This document shows, in pieces, positions 28,001 to 39,196 of a DNA stretch of 64,000 nucleotides. This DNA comes from Octopus vulgaris (taxonomy: Eukaryota), in contig OX597815.1 in the NCBI GenBank assembly GCA_951406725.2, forward strand, positions 122,946,001-123,010,000. The letters are read 5' to 3'. Under the pieces are notes generated by a model, which was not told the DNA's origin, ran no database searches, and saw only the letters and a program-made list of their open reading frames with translations. Within the stretch, counting starts at the first letter, position 1. Each line of letters starts with the position of its first letter. The position numbers and the translations under genes were made by a program.

Positions 28001-30185
28001 CATCAGGAAATGCTTGCTGTAACAGTAAATTTCCCTTACAAGTTTGGGACTTGTACAAGTAAGTTTAGTTGATTTTATTTCTTAAAGTCAAGACTATCAA
28101 TTCTTTCATTATAATTTCAATATAAAGTTACTACTACCACCTGTCATCTTTTGAAGTTATCTAGCTCAATTTATTTCTCTTCGAAGTTACCCTCTCTTCT
28201 GATTTCAATATCTACTACTCTTCTTGGCTCTTGCACTTTTCCAACATTAACGCTGATGCCAAGATAGAAGTTTTTGCTACCCCTAACCATCAGTATCTAC
28301 TCTAACTTGTATTTCTAACAGTTGCATTAATACACCAAGTATCTTTAATCTGCTTTTCACTCAAGCTCAATCTTAACTCAGTTATCACTATCTGCACTTA
28401 TTGGATTGTCTGATTACAAGGCAACACTTTTCAACACTTAAACTCTCAGTTGGAACTCTGCCAATTATATGTTAACTACCTCAGGACAGCTTATAGATTT
28501 TATGTCCTAACCCCACTGAGACAGCTAAGCAACTGAGTGAAGCAATCTCTTAGTTATGTTTATTCACATTTTGTACACAATCAAAGCCTGTAAACTCTAA
28601 ATGATTTACCTGTAGTTGTACAGACCTAGAACATTGCCTACATCACCTGAAGACAGTCAGTTGCCACTACTAATGTGAAGGTTTTTACCTACTTCTAACA
28701 TTAAAAAAAAAGCAGGGGATGCTTTGTGCATCACAAAACAGCTTCTAAACTTTGCTAGTAACCAAACAAATTGCAGCAGAGGGTTACCATCAACTTTGTG
28801 GAATCCTCTTAACCACCACATCTCAAATAAGATGGCCTTATTAGCAGCACTCACTAAATAAGCCTTTACATTTACTACCTACTTCTCTTCCAGCTTTACA
28901 CTGCACACTCTCAACAAAGCTCTGCCAAACATCTGTTTTCCAAAGCACCAGTTTCAACATACAGACACACAATTGCAATATCTAAACTCTTCTAATCTTT
29001 TCAACCCAATAAGATGGTTGATTCTAGTAGCATCTCTTTGAGCACATTTGAATGGTGGGCTTTGGAGTTGGTCATCTTATTACCAAACTACTTAATTTCT
29101 AAAATTGTTCTAATTCCTTAGGTCATCCCAATATTTGTCACATCCCCCAAATGAGGCAATTGTCAGCAGTCACTTCTTTGATCATTTCCAGTCAGGCTGT
29201 CTCTTCAGTAATCATTAGTGCAAGTTATGCTCTCCCATGTCACTCACCAATGATCCCTTGCTTTTGACCATTTTGACAGCAGAACCTTACTAGCTTTGTT
29301 GCTAGCCTATGTAAACTTTACCCTTCAAATATTCACTGTAGCAATCTCATTGGTTGAGGTGGAGACTGCAAAGATCACAGGTAAAAAAAAAAAAGAAAGT
29401 CTCATGGCACCAAAAATATTTTAGTTGCTAAGAATGTGTAAGGTTTTTATTCAATTCTTTTTCTAGTCCATTTTCCATTTTCCCTTTGTTCATTTTTGTT
29501 GCCCTATTTCTATGTGGAACCCTACAAAAAAGAAAAGTTTGCATCAGCTTACCTTTAATATTTATAATTTATTTATCAGCTTGTATTGCTTTATCATCAA
29601 GGTGTGGATATTCTGTGTAGATGTTTGAAATAAAATATTTCGTATTTTATGTTTCATTACAGAGGCATTCTCGATTGTAGTTTGGGGAGTAATCATCGAC
29701 ATGGAGCTGGTGTATTGGATATAAAATATGAAACACCTTTTACTCTGCTCTCTTGTGGTTATGATTCTTTTGCTCGTCTCTGGGATCTTCGTACCAACAA
29801 ATGGTGAGGATATATATATATAGTTCATTATTAATGCTGCTGTTGTTTATAAATGTCAAACAAGAATTTTGAAAAGATAAGAAGAAAAAAATTGAAATAC
29901 ATTAGTGTGAAGATAACATATTATCTTGCTTCAGAGCTGAAATATAACAGTAATTAAGACTGGGTTTTCAAAACTAGAAGGCTGGCTGAACAAATATTGA
30001 TTTGACCAAGATGCTACACAACTCATGCATTGGATGTATAAACATAAGGAAAAGTGCACTCAGACCTCACAAAAACACAAATATTTTGTGTAATGATATA
30101 GGTACTTTTTCCAATTGTGTACTACTGTACTTTCAAGTCAGTTTAATACAAATACACTATTTCATATCCTGTAATAGGGAAAGCT

Positions 30186-30224
<39 letters not shown>

Positions 30225-33200
30225 GTGTGTGTTTGTGTCTTCTTCCATTGGCATTGTGTGAGAATATATCTAGTCATGGGGAAATATAACCTTACTTGGA
30301 AACAGGTTAGTGTTGGCAACAGGAAGGGCATCTGACTAGAGAATTTGCCTCAAATAAACTCCAACCTATGTAAGCATGGAAAAATAGACATTAAAAAAAA
30401 TTATGGTGAGAGTATTTATTTTATTTGTTTATTATGTTAAGGATGTGTGTGTCTCAGATTTTGAACTGGTGCATCATTTCCTTGTATCTTGTAAGAGATA
30501 ACAAAATAAGTTGCCAACAGGACTGCCTATGTCTATTAAATACTGCTTCATAAAGGGGACCATGATAACTCTCATGAACCTCTATGGTTACCACATCTTT
30601 AGTAGGGAAAATGGCCTTAAAACATTTGTTGTATTAAGGATGTACTATGATTTTTTTCCTGAAGCTTTTCATGTTATGAATTTTCATTAATTTGAATTGA
30701 GTAATTTTAAAATAAGACTTCACTATTTCAGTTTTTAAATTTATCGAGAGATCTCTCTTCATTCTGTTCTTGCCACAATATACTCTACTTCTTGTCTTTC
30801 TGGAATGTACCTAATAAAGTTACCATAAATTGTTATAAAACACGAATATGTATTCTATGTATTGAAGTACCTTATCACTCACATCTTCATAAGTATCATT
30901 TCACTCAGAAGTCAGTTCAGTCCCTTGTCTCTTCCACTTCAAAAAAGAAAAAAAGGAAAAAAGCACAAACAGTGTAGCCTGTACCAATAGTTAGAAAAAC
31001 TGTTATTATTGCTATAGTTTTAAGGTAGTGAACTGGCAGAATCCTTAGCACACTGGGCAAAATGCTTAGAGGCATTTTGTCCATTTTCGCGTTCTGAGTT
31101 CAAGTTCTGCTAAGGTCAACTTTGCCTTTCATTCTTTCAGGATTGATAAATTAAGTACCAGTGAAACACTGGGGTCAATGTAATTGACTAGTCCCCTCCC
31201 CAAAATTTCAGGCCTTGTGCCTGTAGTAGAAAGGATTATTATTGTTAGTTATTTAGTGATTTGAACTTGGTTATCTTACCAGTTTAAAAAAAAATTACTT
31301 TTAATACATTTTCAGTGAATTAATGTGGGAAGAACCTTTCAATTCTGCTGTCTATTGTGTGAAAACTCATGGGAACTACACGATGTTGACCGGTACTGCA
31401 AGGCATGGTATGACTAGGCTATGGGACAAACGAGTTACAAAGTCAATACAGGTGTGAGAAATTAGTCATTCATTTTTCTGTATTTCTCTTACAGTAAAAT
31501 CTTTATACTTAGATTCTTGTGTTTTTGGAATAATTACTAATATACTTGCAATTGACAATGAAATATAAAATAGTTGTAGTTTCAATTTTGATTGTTGTCC
31601 TGACATATTCTTATTTGAAATAAATAAAGTTTACAGATACAAAATAACTCTGGTAATAGGTGTAGGCATGGCTACATGATTAAGAAACTCACTTTACAGC
31701 TGCAAGGTTTCAAGCTCATTCCCACCATGTGGCACCTTGGGCACACATATTATATCCCCAGGCCAACCAAAACCTTCTGAGTGGACTTGATACATGGAAA
31801 CTGTGTAAAAGCCCATCATATATATGTGTGTGTCTTTGTGTCCATATTTGTCCCCATCCTCACTGCTTGACAACCAATGTTCGTTTGTTTACATCCTCTG
31901 TAACTTAATTCATCCAGCAAAAGAGGCTGATTGAATAAGTACCAGATCAAAAAAAAAAAAATAGTGGGATCAATCTGTTCAACTAAATTCCTTCAAAGCG
32001 GTATCCCAGCATAACTGCAGTCCAGTGACTGAAACAAAAAAAAAGATGTTTACAAACAGACTATAAATGGAGGAGGTCTCAGATTAAAGACAAAACACAA
32101 CAGTAATGTATTGTGTGATTAGATCTTATAAATTACAATCTGTTCCAAATATATCTGTGGAGATATACTCAGATAATAGCATGTAACATCCATCATAACA
32201 CCGGGGGACTTTCATAATCCATACCTGAGATCAATTATATATTTCAGCATGATGAAATGAATCTAGTTCAATCATCACTGGTTGATCAATTTTCTGTTTG
32301 TTGGTATTATAGATAAATAGTTCATTTTTATAGTAGGACCTTAGAAACTCAATAACTCCATTCTTGTGTGTTCTAGCCTTATACAAAGTTGAGTACCTTC
32401 TAACAATCCACATTGACTGAAAACTATTGCAATATAACTAATTTAGTTGATTGGAAGTTGATGGACAATACATAATCCATTTTTCATTAAAACTTATAAT
32501 TTCTTTATCAGTCTTTTTTATCAATTTTATTGAAAATTTTATAAAATGAATCTTTATTTTGAAGTCAACTATTGAACTGTATTGGCCTTCCTAATTTTCA
32601 CAAAGGCCAACAATTTTGAGGAGTTGGGGGAAATTAATTATATCCACCCCCAACACTTTGACTCCAAAAATATGAAAGGCAAAGTTAACCTCAGCAGAAT
32701 TTGAACTCGGATCATAATGAGTCAGAAGAAATATCAAAAGTGTTTTCCTTGACATAACAGTTTTGCCAACTTGCTGCCTTAACTAGATCTACTATTAAAA
32801 AAGAAATAAGACAGTGAGCTGGCAGAATTGTTAACATCTGGGGAAAAATGCATTGTAGCATTTCATCTGTCTTTACATTCTGAGTTCATATTCTGCTATG
32901 GCCCACTTTACCTTTCATCCTTTCAGGGTCAATGAAATAAGTACCAGTTGAGTACTGGGGATGATCTGATTGACTTAGCTTCACCCTTGAAATTGCTGGC
33001 CTTGTGCCAAAATTTGAAACCAATATAAAAAAAATAATGTTTCATGTCTTGCAAACTCCTGTAATACCTAATTCAGAACTGTAATATTAATGTGTCTTTT
33101 GCTACAAAATATATTAAATTGTTTCTTATCTTCTTTTTTTTCCAGTTTTACTATGCTGGTCAACGAAGTAGTCCGGTGTATTCAATGGCTTTTAACTCTA

Positions 33201-33262
33201 AACATCTTTACCTGGCTTTGGACAAAGGTGTTAGCTTGCTTGACTTCACAGTTTATAAATAA
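11617..33262 (+). CDS. FBXW4: F-box/WD repeat-containing protein 4 (dactylin-like), 9 coding exons; 431 aa from ATG 11617 or 412 aa from ATG 11674
   Basis: Exons 11617-11927, 17284-17379, 21146-21337, 25813-25951, 27581-27678, 27993-28058, 29663-29803, 31316-31451 and 33146-33262 join in frame through GT-AG introns (1296 nt including TAA). Motifs match vertebrate FBXW4 as I recall it: F-box LMELPEDILYLLFRYLD, QLPWM, IIVSGSRD, EDRLWSVA, GAGVLDIKYETPFTLLSCGYD, WEEP, SSPVY. Confidence 0.93.
14017..14900 (-). mobile_element. Cluster of nested RTE-tail repeats ending in (ATG)n
   Basis: Repeated catcatcatt/gtttaac..ttccatgct(g/a)gcatgggttgga units. Remnant GRGRPRKTWDEVVKHD is typical of the RTE C-terminus. 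Confidence 0.7.
17284..17379 (+). CDS. FBXW4: FBXW4 exon 2
   Basis: ttag|ATCC acceptor and AA|gtaagt donor; SCTPNLKEQYRVTRNWIKGRNRETAVVKYRS. Confidence 0.88.
17594..17870 (+). mobile_element. Degenerate RTE-like LINE C-terminal remnant
   Basis: Translations FCATMESVVLYEFTIWTFTK and RKRHMYFVGHYCKAKQELVSDILL resemble post-RT RTE motifs (ESVLLYGxETW, RxxxxGH). Confidence 0.55.
18420..18962 (-). mobile_element. 3' fragment of an RLE-endonuclease non-LTR retrotransposon (HERO/R2-like)
   Basis: ORF 18665-18955: VVKLTMSWED...KKSKYQDLVNE...GW...EVSCCGF, matching the RLE pattern ELTVPWE..K..KY..L...GW...EVG.RGF. Confidence 0.75.
19696..20210 (-). mobile_element. RTE-tail repeat with an internal 66-bp tandem array (about 4 units)
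   Basis: Units beginning gtgctttttacatgcca recur near 19855, 19921, 19987 and 20053. Confidence 0.75.
21146..21337 (+). CDS. FBXW4: FBXW4 exon 3
   Basis: ttcag|A acceptor and AG|gtcagt donor; QLPWMHFDDD...DVTRFVFKDSVIVTGC. Confidence 0.9.
22202..22244 (-). ncRNA. Minimal type I hammerhead ribozyme motif (antisense copy, palindrome 1)
   Basis: Exact reverse complement of 23983-24025. Confidence 0.7.
23983..24025 (+). ncRNA. Minimal type I hammerhead ribozyme motif (palindrome 1, sense to FBXW4)
   Basis: CCAC-CUGAAGA-u-UGUC(gaucag)GACA-u-GAA-ACAAUUGU-A-GUGG: stem I CCAC/GUGG, core CUGAnGA/GAAA, palindromic stem-loop III and GUA cleavage triplet at 24019-24021. The base of stem II is U.U rather than G-C. 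Confidence 0.72.
24346..24426 (-). ncRNA. Hammerhead motif copy with mutated cleavage triplet (GUG), probably inactive
   Basis: Reverse complement of 24567-24647 but reading GAAACAUAUGUG; G at the H position violates the NUH rule. Confidence 0.65.
24567..24647 (+). ncRNA. Type I hammerhead ribozyme with extended stem II (palindrome 2, sense to FBXW4)
   Basis: UUUC-CUGAUGA(24571-24577)-GAAGGCGGCA...UGCAGUCUUC-GAAA(24632-24635)-CAUAU-GUC(24641-24643)-GAGA. Canonical core, G-C-closed stem II with inner hairpin UAUUCCU/AGGAAUA, palindromic ACAUAUGU stem-loop III. Confidence 0.82.
25813..25951 (+). CDS. FBXW4: FBXW4 exon 4 (WD40)
   Basis: tttcag|A acceptor and AAG|gtaaaa donor; EGSVVAWD...VHKEDSQCVDFHGDIIVSGSRDATIK. 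Confidence 0.92.
26944..27372. repeat. Imperfect inverted duplication (about 205-bp arms, 20-nt spacer) of a probable Gypsy/Ty3 pol remnant
   Basis: Arms are reverse-complementary. Each translates to about F/LKNLTPNCK..YSAKDKDYI..EILKLLTEDILEPSYSLWWLQILIL, resembling the pre-RT EV..LL..GIIEPS.SPW segment of Gypsy pol. Confidence 0.8.
27581..27678 (+). CDS. FBXW4: FBXW4 exon 5
   Basis: ttccag|ATT acceptor and AC|gtaagc donor; ILNMQEKDSKRQVRATLHSEDRLWSVAMNPDG. Confidence 0.92.
27993..28058 (+). CDS. FBXW4: FBXW4 exon 6
   Basis: tccag|G acceptor and AA|gtaagt donor; SFTSGNACCNSKFPLQVWDLY. Confidence 0.92.
29663..29803 (+). CDS. FBXW4: FBXW4 exon 7
   Basis: ttacag|A acceptor and TG|gtgagg donor; GILDCSLGSNHRHGAGVLDIKYETPFTLLSCGYDSFARLWDLRTNK. 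Confidence 0.93.
31316..31451 (+). CDS. FBXW4: FBXW4 exon 8
   Basis: tttcag|T acceptor and CAG|gtgtga donor; ELMWEEPFNSAVYCVKTHGNYTMLTGTARHGMTRLWDKR. Confidence 0.93.
32585..33025. mobile_element. Head-to-head inverted pair of family B SINEs
   Basis: Minus copy at about 32585-32780 and plus copy at about 32810-33025, 30 bp apart and 120 bp upstream of FBXW4 exon 9. Confidence 0.7.
33146..33262 (+). CDS. FBXW4: FBXW4 exon 9 (terminal coding exon)
   Basis: Strong polypyrimidine acceptor ttttttttccag|TTT; FYYAGQRSSPVYSMAFNSKHLYLALDKGVSLLDFTVYK, then TAA. Confidence 0.92.
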   Translation, partial: FYYAGQRSSPVYSMAFNSKHLYLALDKGVSLLDFTVYK

Positions 33263-34711
33263 TAACTAGTCAAAAGGCTTTACAGTATTACTAATGCATT
33301 GAAGTACAATTTTTTATTCTATCATGAACATTGTTGAATTATATAGATATATAGAGCAGTGCTTTCTTTAAACTGAGACTAGTTCAAATTTTGTTTAATT
33401 TCTCAGCTTTTCTTTGTAAACAAAGAATACACATCTTAATCTTGAAATTTTCAGGGTATACACTATAACATTAATAAGATTATGTATTATAATTTTGTAT
33501 TCTAATCAGTCTTTTTTTATTTATTTATTTTTTTGTGTGAATTGAATCAGAACAGAATGAGTTAATTATATAGCTCTACCAAATATTGATAGTTTTTTCG
33601 TTTTTGATTTTTTGTGGGAATTGAATCAGAATTTGCAAATTATATGGCTCTAGCAAATGTTGATAGTTTCTCCTTTCCTCCTTCCCCAGTTGAACCCTTT
33701 GAAAGTGGTGAGACTAATGTGGTTTGTATTTAACTTTGAATTTCTGTGAATCAGTATCTGTCTGGAACATGTGGGCAGCGAGGGAATTTTGGAGGATTAT
33801 GTGGAGAAAGGCTTAGGCTAAGTGGTCAGTGTGAGATATGTTGACAAAAAAGAGGGGAGATGTACATTTCAGGTTTGCTTGAGTGGGGGAGGTGTAGTAT
33901 TTAATTTTTCTTGCAATCAAATACATTCTGCTTGTGACCATTCCTACCTTTTTTTCTTTCCATGACATAGTACATCAAGAATTGCATATCTGATGTGTCC
34001 TTAATTTTTTTTTAAGATGGTAAGGTATGATTTCAGAGAGATTTGATTGCTATTTCTTGCATGTTGGGTGACCATGCTCCTTTGTTGTCTCTTTAAATCA
34101 AATGATGTTTTTGTCTTCTGGTTGATTCATATTAGCATTTACTTATAAACTGTAATTAATATGAATATTTGGGCATTTATCTCAAGGTGATATCTTCTTT
34201 TATAAATTTATCTTATATATTCACTAACATCTATATGAAATATAAGTTTCTGAAGCTAAAGTCTTTTAAACAAAGAATACTTTATAATGCATACACTCAG
34301 TGGATACTTGATAAAAATCAGATGGTTTTCTGTTTTCCTTTTCAACTTAGCCTGAATAACTTAATTTTTCCATTATGGAAAGAAAAAAATTATTTCTCTG
34401 GCAGGTGTTTTGATGCACTCTTAAGATTTCCAAAGACCATGTTTGTGACTTTGATTCAATTCCCAGTTTGAATTGTTTTTTATACTTCAGACATTTTTTT
34501 TTCTGTGGAATTGGGCATCACCAAGATATCTTAAATCCCCTTCCCTTAGAAACCCTGGTCTGTTGTTATTATTCTTATTTTAGGAAAGACTACATTACTA
34601 ACTAGTTAGAAAATGTGATAAATTTTTTGCAGTATTTGAATAATATATACACTTATTAGTTTTATTATTATTACTATTATCTCTATTGTTCATTTTAACA
34701 GTTGTTGTTTG

Positions 34712-34717
34712 AATAAA
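34712..34717 (+). terminator. Candidate polyadenylation signal for FBXW4
   Basis: AATAAA followed by a T-rich stretch about 1.45 kb after the stop codon. Weak evidence in AT-rich DNA. Confidence 0.35.
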
Positions 34718-35597
34718 ATATTCATAATTTTCGAGTTTATTTTTTCTTTTTATTCTAAAAATAATTTATATTTACCATGTTTTTGTGTGTGAGTGTGTTT
34801 TAAATAGGCTTCATGTAAACAAAGTCATTTACAGCAAAAGGTCAATCTTTTATATTATTTCATATCATTTTGAATAGAATATCTCTCTTTGTGTAAGTTA
34901 TGTAATCACTTCAGTTGTAGAGATACCAAGGTAAGATATCATCAACATTATCATGATCATTTTAATGTCCTCTTTTCCATGCTTGCATAGTATATTTTCT
35001 ATGGCCAGATACCCTTCTTGATGCCAACCCTCACTTGTTTGCAAATATAGTAATATTCCCATGGCTAGATATGTTTTACAGTCTATTGCAAAGGAATAAC
35101 ACTGCTTGTATGACAGTGACACTTGTTTACAACTATCACATGATATCAGGTCAAGGAGACATGAACAAATACATAATCACACACGTACATATATAGCCTG
35201 AGTCTATAGTAGAAGATAATTGTCCTAGGTGTCATGCGGTGGGCCTGAACCTGAAATCATGTGGATTGGAAACAAACTACTCAACCACATGACCTTTGCA
35301 CATAATATATTTCTATGTGTCAGTGTTTCAGAACCCAGCTCTTTTTTAAACACTCTCATGGAAAGATTTGAATGTATTACTATAAGTTAAACAGGTCTTT
35401 CAATGATATAGTATTTCTGCTTACACTGGTATGTTGCACTCTCCATGTTGCCTATTGAAGGTAGGTGAACTGGACCATTTGAGGGTTAAGAATCTTGCTA
35501 TGAACACAACACACCACCAGTTTCATACTAATTGTGGATCCTTTACCAAGTCAGCCAACACTGTGACTCTAACAAGTTATCTTGTCTGTTAATAGTA

Positions 35598-36110
35598 CCG
35601 TAAATCCTCGAGTATAATCTGCACTTTTTTCCCAAAATTTAAAGGTCAAAATCCTTAGTGCGTACTATATACAAGGTTAAAAATGAAAAATATTTTCTAA
35701 GCAATGTCCGAGTCTATTCGGCAATGTTTATTCAGATGCATTTTGTGATGTCGGGCGCGAAAATACCTTAAGCTAAGCCTGAAAGCAATGAAGTCATAAA
35801 AGAATCATCCATAACTTGCAGTAAACAACATTTATTAGAAAAAAAGTATTCAGAACACAGAATAACATGTAGCAAAAACAATTTGCAAACATATTTACAT
35901 TCCCATATAACAGTTAAGAACATCACCATTATTGTATTACGCATGCACGGAAGTGTTTGTTCAACTAGGTGCTGCTGGCTTAATTATGCATGGTTCAAGT
36001 TAGAGAAGGGGTGCGTATTATACACAAGGTTTAGGTTTTTCAGAAGTACAGCCCCCTAAAAATCCCCTGTGTATTATACTCAAGGACAGACTATATTCGA
36101 AGATTTACGG
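35598..36110. mobile_element. Non-autonomous pogo/Tc2-type MITE
   Basis: TIRs ccgtaaatcctcgagtataatc and gactatattcgaagatttacgg, with TA on both sides. Confidence 0.8.
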
Positions 36111-36512
36111 TAATTATTTTCTTAAATATCAAGAGTTAATAGTGCAAAACTTCTATTGTTCTGTTTAGTGCTAACATTTAATACAGGGGTCAATAAAAAA
36201 GTTCATGTGAAACAACTATGTGTTGAAGAAAACAAAAGAACAATATTAGTCAATACCTAATGTAGCTTTAAATATTTCATTGAGTATGTGAGGCAATTCT
36301 GGACATATTTCAGTCTCATTTTGGCTTTGTCAGCAAAACATGGACAACTTAATACTAGCTGAAGTAGTTATCTATATTTATTTTTACTCCCTTACAACAT
36401 AATTATTTCTAGTTAACCTTGTAGTATTCCTTGCATAAAATATATTAACAGCAACTTTATTCCCAAAGTGATTTTACTGTTCGTCAACCAATAAACATTC
36501 TTTATATATTTA

Positions 36513-37801
36513 CGAGGGACGTTCAATAAGTAATACCTCTGACCCACTTGCAGTTGTTTGATCTAGCTGAAATTTTGCATGTGCAATCATTTATATCTCT
36601 ATAGAGTAAGTGGCAAATTACAGCTCTGAATTAATTGTGGTTTCTGATTTACAGGTGTTTGAACCGAGTCAAGTGTGAAATGGAGCCTGTTGAGTGTCGA
36701 GCAGTGATCCACTTTTTGTATTTGAAAGGACGCACACCACGGGAGACTTTTGATGAAATGAAAGTAACTTATGGTGATGATGCCCCATCATATGACCTTG
36801 TAAAACGCTGGCATCGTGAATTCAAACATGGTCGGAACTCTGTGGAAACAGCTCCCAGATCTGGTCGCCCCCTTCTGCCATTGATGAGGCATCTGTCCGT
36901 CAAGTTGAGGCTGCCATTTTTGAAGATCGACGCATAATTATTCGCCAAATAGCCCATGAGGTCAAGATTAGTACCGGGTCTGTGGAAACTATCATTCATG
37001 ACCATTTGCATATGCAAAAGGTGTCTGCCAGATGGATTCCCAGGTTGCTCACGCTTTTCCAGAAGCAAGAACGCGTCGAGTGCTCGAGGGTGAATTTGGA
37101 GATGTGCCAAGAAGATGAGTCAAAATTTTTCAAAAGACTGATTACACAGGATGAAACCTGGGTCCATCACGACGATCCAGAGACCAAAGCCCAGTCAATG
37201 CAGTGGAAGCACCGTGACTCACCCCCTCCAAAGAAGGCAAGGGTGCAGCCCTCCGCTGGCAAGGTCATGCTCACAGTCTTCTGGGACCAGGACGGAGTAG
37301 TGATGACAGATTTCCTGGCAAAGGGTACCACAATTGCAGGAGCCTATTATGCTTCACTTTTGAGGAAATTAAGAGAAGTTATCAAAATCAAGAGGCAGGG
37401 CAAGATCAGCAAAGGCATCCTCCTCCTGCAGGACAACGCTCCGGTCCACAACTCGCTTGTCGCCAGATCAGAAGCACAGGCGTATGGCTATGAACTCCTC
37501 CCCCTCCCCCTACTTTCCTGACCTTGCACCTCTGATTTTCACCTCTTCCCAATCATGAAGTTGTTTTTGAAAGGAAAGCGTTTCCCAGATGATGCAGCCT
37601 TGATTTCTGAAGTCACGTTGAGGTTGGAGGACCAAGCTGGGTTCTTCTACAAAAACGGTCTCCAGAGCCGCATCAAACGATGGGAGAAATGCGTAACTCT
37701 GGGTGGTTCCTATGTAGAAAAAGACTAATAACTGTGCCAAGTTTCGTTGCTCTACTGCTATGGGAAGTGGGTCAGGGGCATTACTTATTGAACGCCCCTT
37801 G
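36513..37801 (+). mobile_element. Full-length mariner (DD34D) transposon, 1289 bp
   Basis: 37-bp TIRs (cgagggacgttcaataagtaatacctctgacccactt, 4 mismatches) and a TA target duplication on both sides. Confidence 0.95.
36680..37728 (+). pseudogene. Frameshifted mariner transposase
   Basis: MEPVECRAVIHFLYLKG..., ARWIPRLLT, ITQDETWV, LLQDNAPVH, PDLAP/DFHLF, RWEKCVTLGGSYVEKD then stop. Frameshifts near 36870 and 37500-37535. Confidence 0.92.
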
Positions 37802-39196
37802 TACTCAATGATTCTCTCATTATTACTTAATTACAGAGAACCTTGTTCTTTGCTAATGAGGTCATAATAAAACTTAAGAGTTGTTTCCCATACTTTCTGA
37901 AATAAAAATTTATTCATCATCATCATCATTGTTGACATCCACTTTTCACATGAGTTGGACAGAATTAGTTGTGACAGATTTTCTACTGTTAGATGTCTTT
38001 CCTAAGTGAGAGAGTAATGTTACTGATTAAATTTGTCTTGTTCGCAGTTCAACTGTGAAGTGATTCTACATTCTCTCATGCCCCTTAACAAAGGTTTGAC
38101 AGATATTAATCATCATTGTTACAACACTAATTTTCAGTGTTTGTATAAACACAGGCATAACTGTGTTGTTAAGAAGCTCACTTCCCAGCCACATGGTTTC
38201 AGGTTCAATCCCACTGCATAACATCACGTTCAAGAATTTAATTGACTATATTTGACAGTACTTATTCGATCAGTCTTGGGAGGTTGAAAGGAAAGAATGC
38301 AGTTGGGTAAATCAAAACTTGTGTATCAATTATATACTTTTGTCAATGTCAGAGACATGGAAGCAAATTTGATGTTGATGGATTTTTGAACCCCAAAATA
38401 TCAAGATATGGAACTAGTGAGTAAAAACATCCACTTCACTGCAATAGCCCTGGACCAACTGAAGCCTTACGAATGGACTTGATAGATAGAAAGTGAAAGA
38501 AGCTTACTGTGTGCATGCCTCTTTGTTTTGACATCATATAATAGTTGTAAATGAGCATCACCATCATACAAACAGTATTATTTATTCATAGTGAAGAAAT
38601 ATTACCTTGCTTGGAAACACTCAAGGGTTTGGTGACTGGAAAGATATTTACCAAAGAAAATGTACCTCAACAAATTCCATCTGATCCATGCAAGTGTGGA
38701 AAAGTGGACGTTAAAATAATTATGATGATGTATTTTAGGGTGTTTCTTAACATGATCCAAAAATCCAAATTAATTAGTTAATTTCAAGGGATTTGTTTAT
38801 GCAGGAGTGGCTGTGTGGTAAGAAGCTTGCTTCCCAGCCACATGGTACCGGGTTCAGTCCCACTGTGTGGCACCTTGGGCAAGTGTCATCTACTATTGAA
38901 TTGTGAGTGGATTTGATAGCAGGAAACTGAAAGAAGCCCTTCGTATATTTGTATATATATGTGTGTGTATGTGTGTATTTGTATGTATTAGTGTGTCTGT
39001 GTTTGTTACCCACCATCACTTAACAACCAATGTTGGTGTGTTTACTCCCCATAACTTAGCAGTTCAGCAAAAGAGATGATAGAATAAGTACTAGACTTAC
39101 AAAGACTAAGCCCTGGGATTGATTTGTTCGACTGAAGGCAGTGCTCCCACATGGGAACAGTCAAATGACTGAAACAAGTAAAAGAATATATATATA

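Noticed and set aside
29170-29215. Minus-strand CUGAAGA...GAAA hammerhead-like spacing
   Set aside because: No UH cleavage triplet and no stem I pairing.
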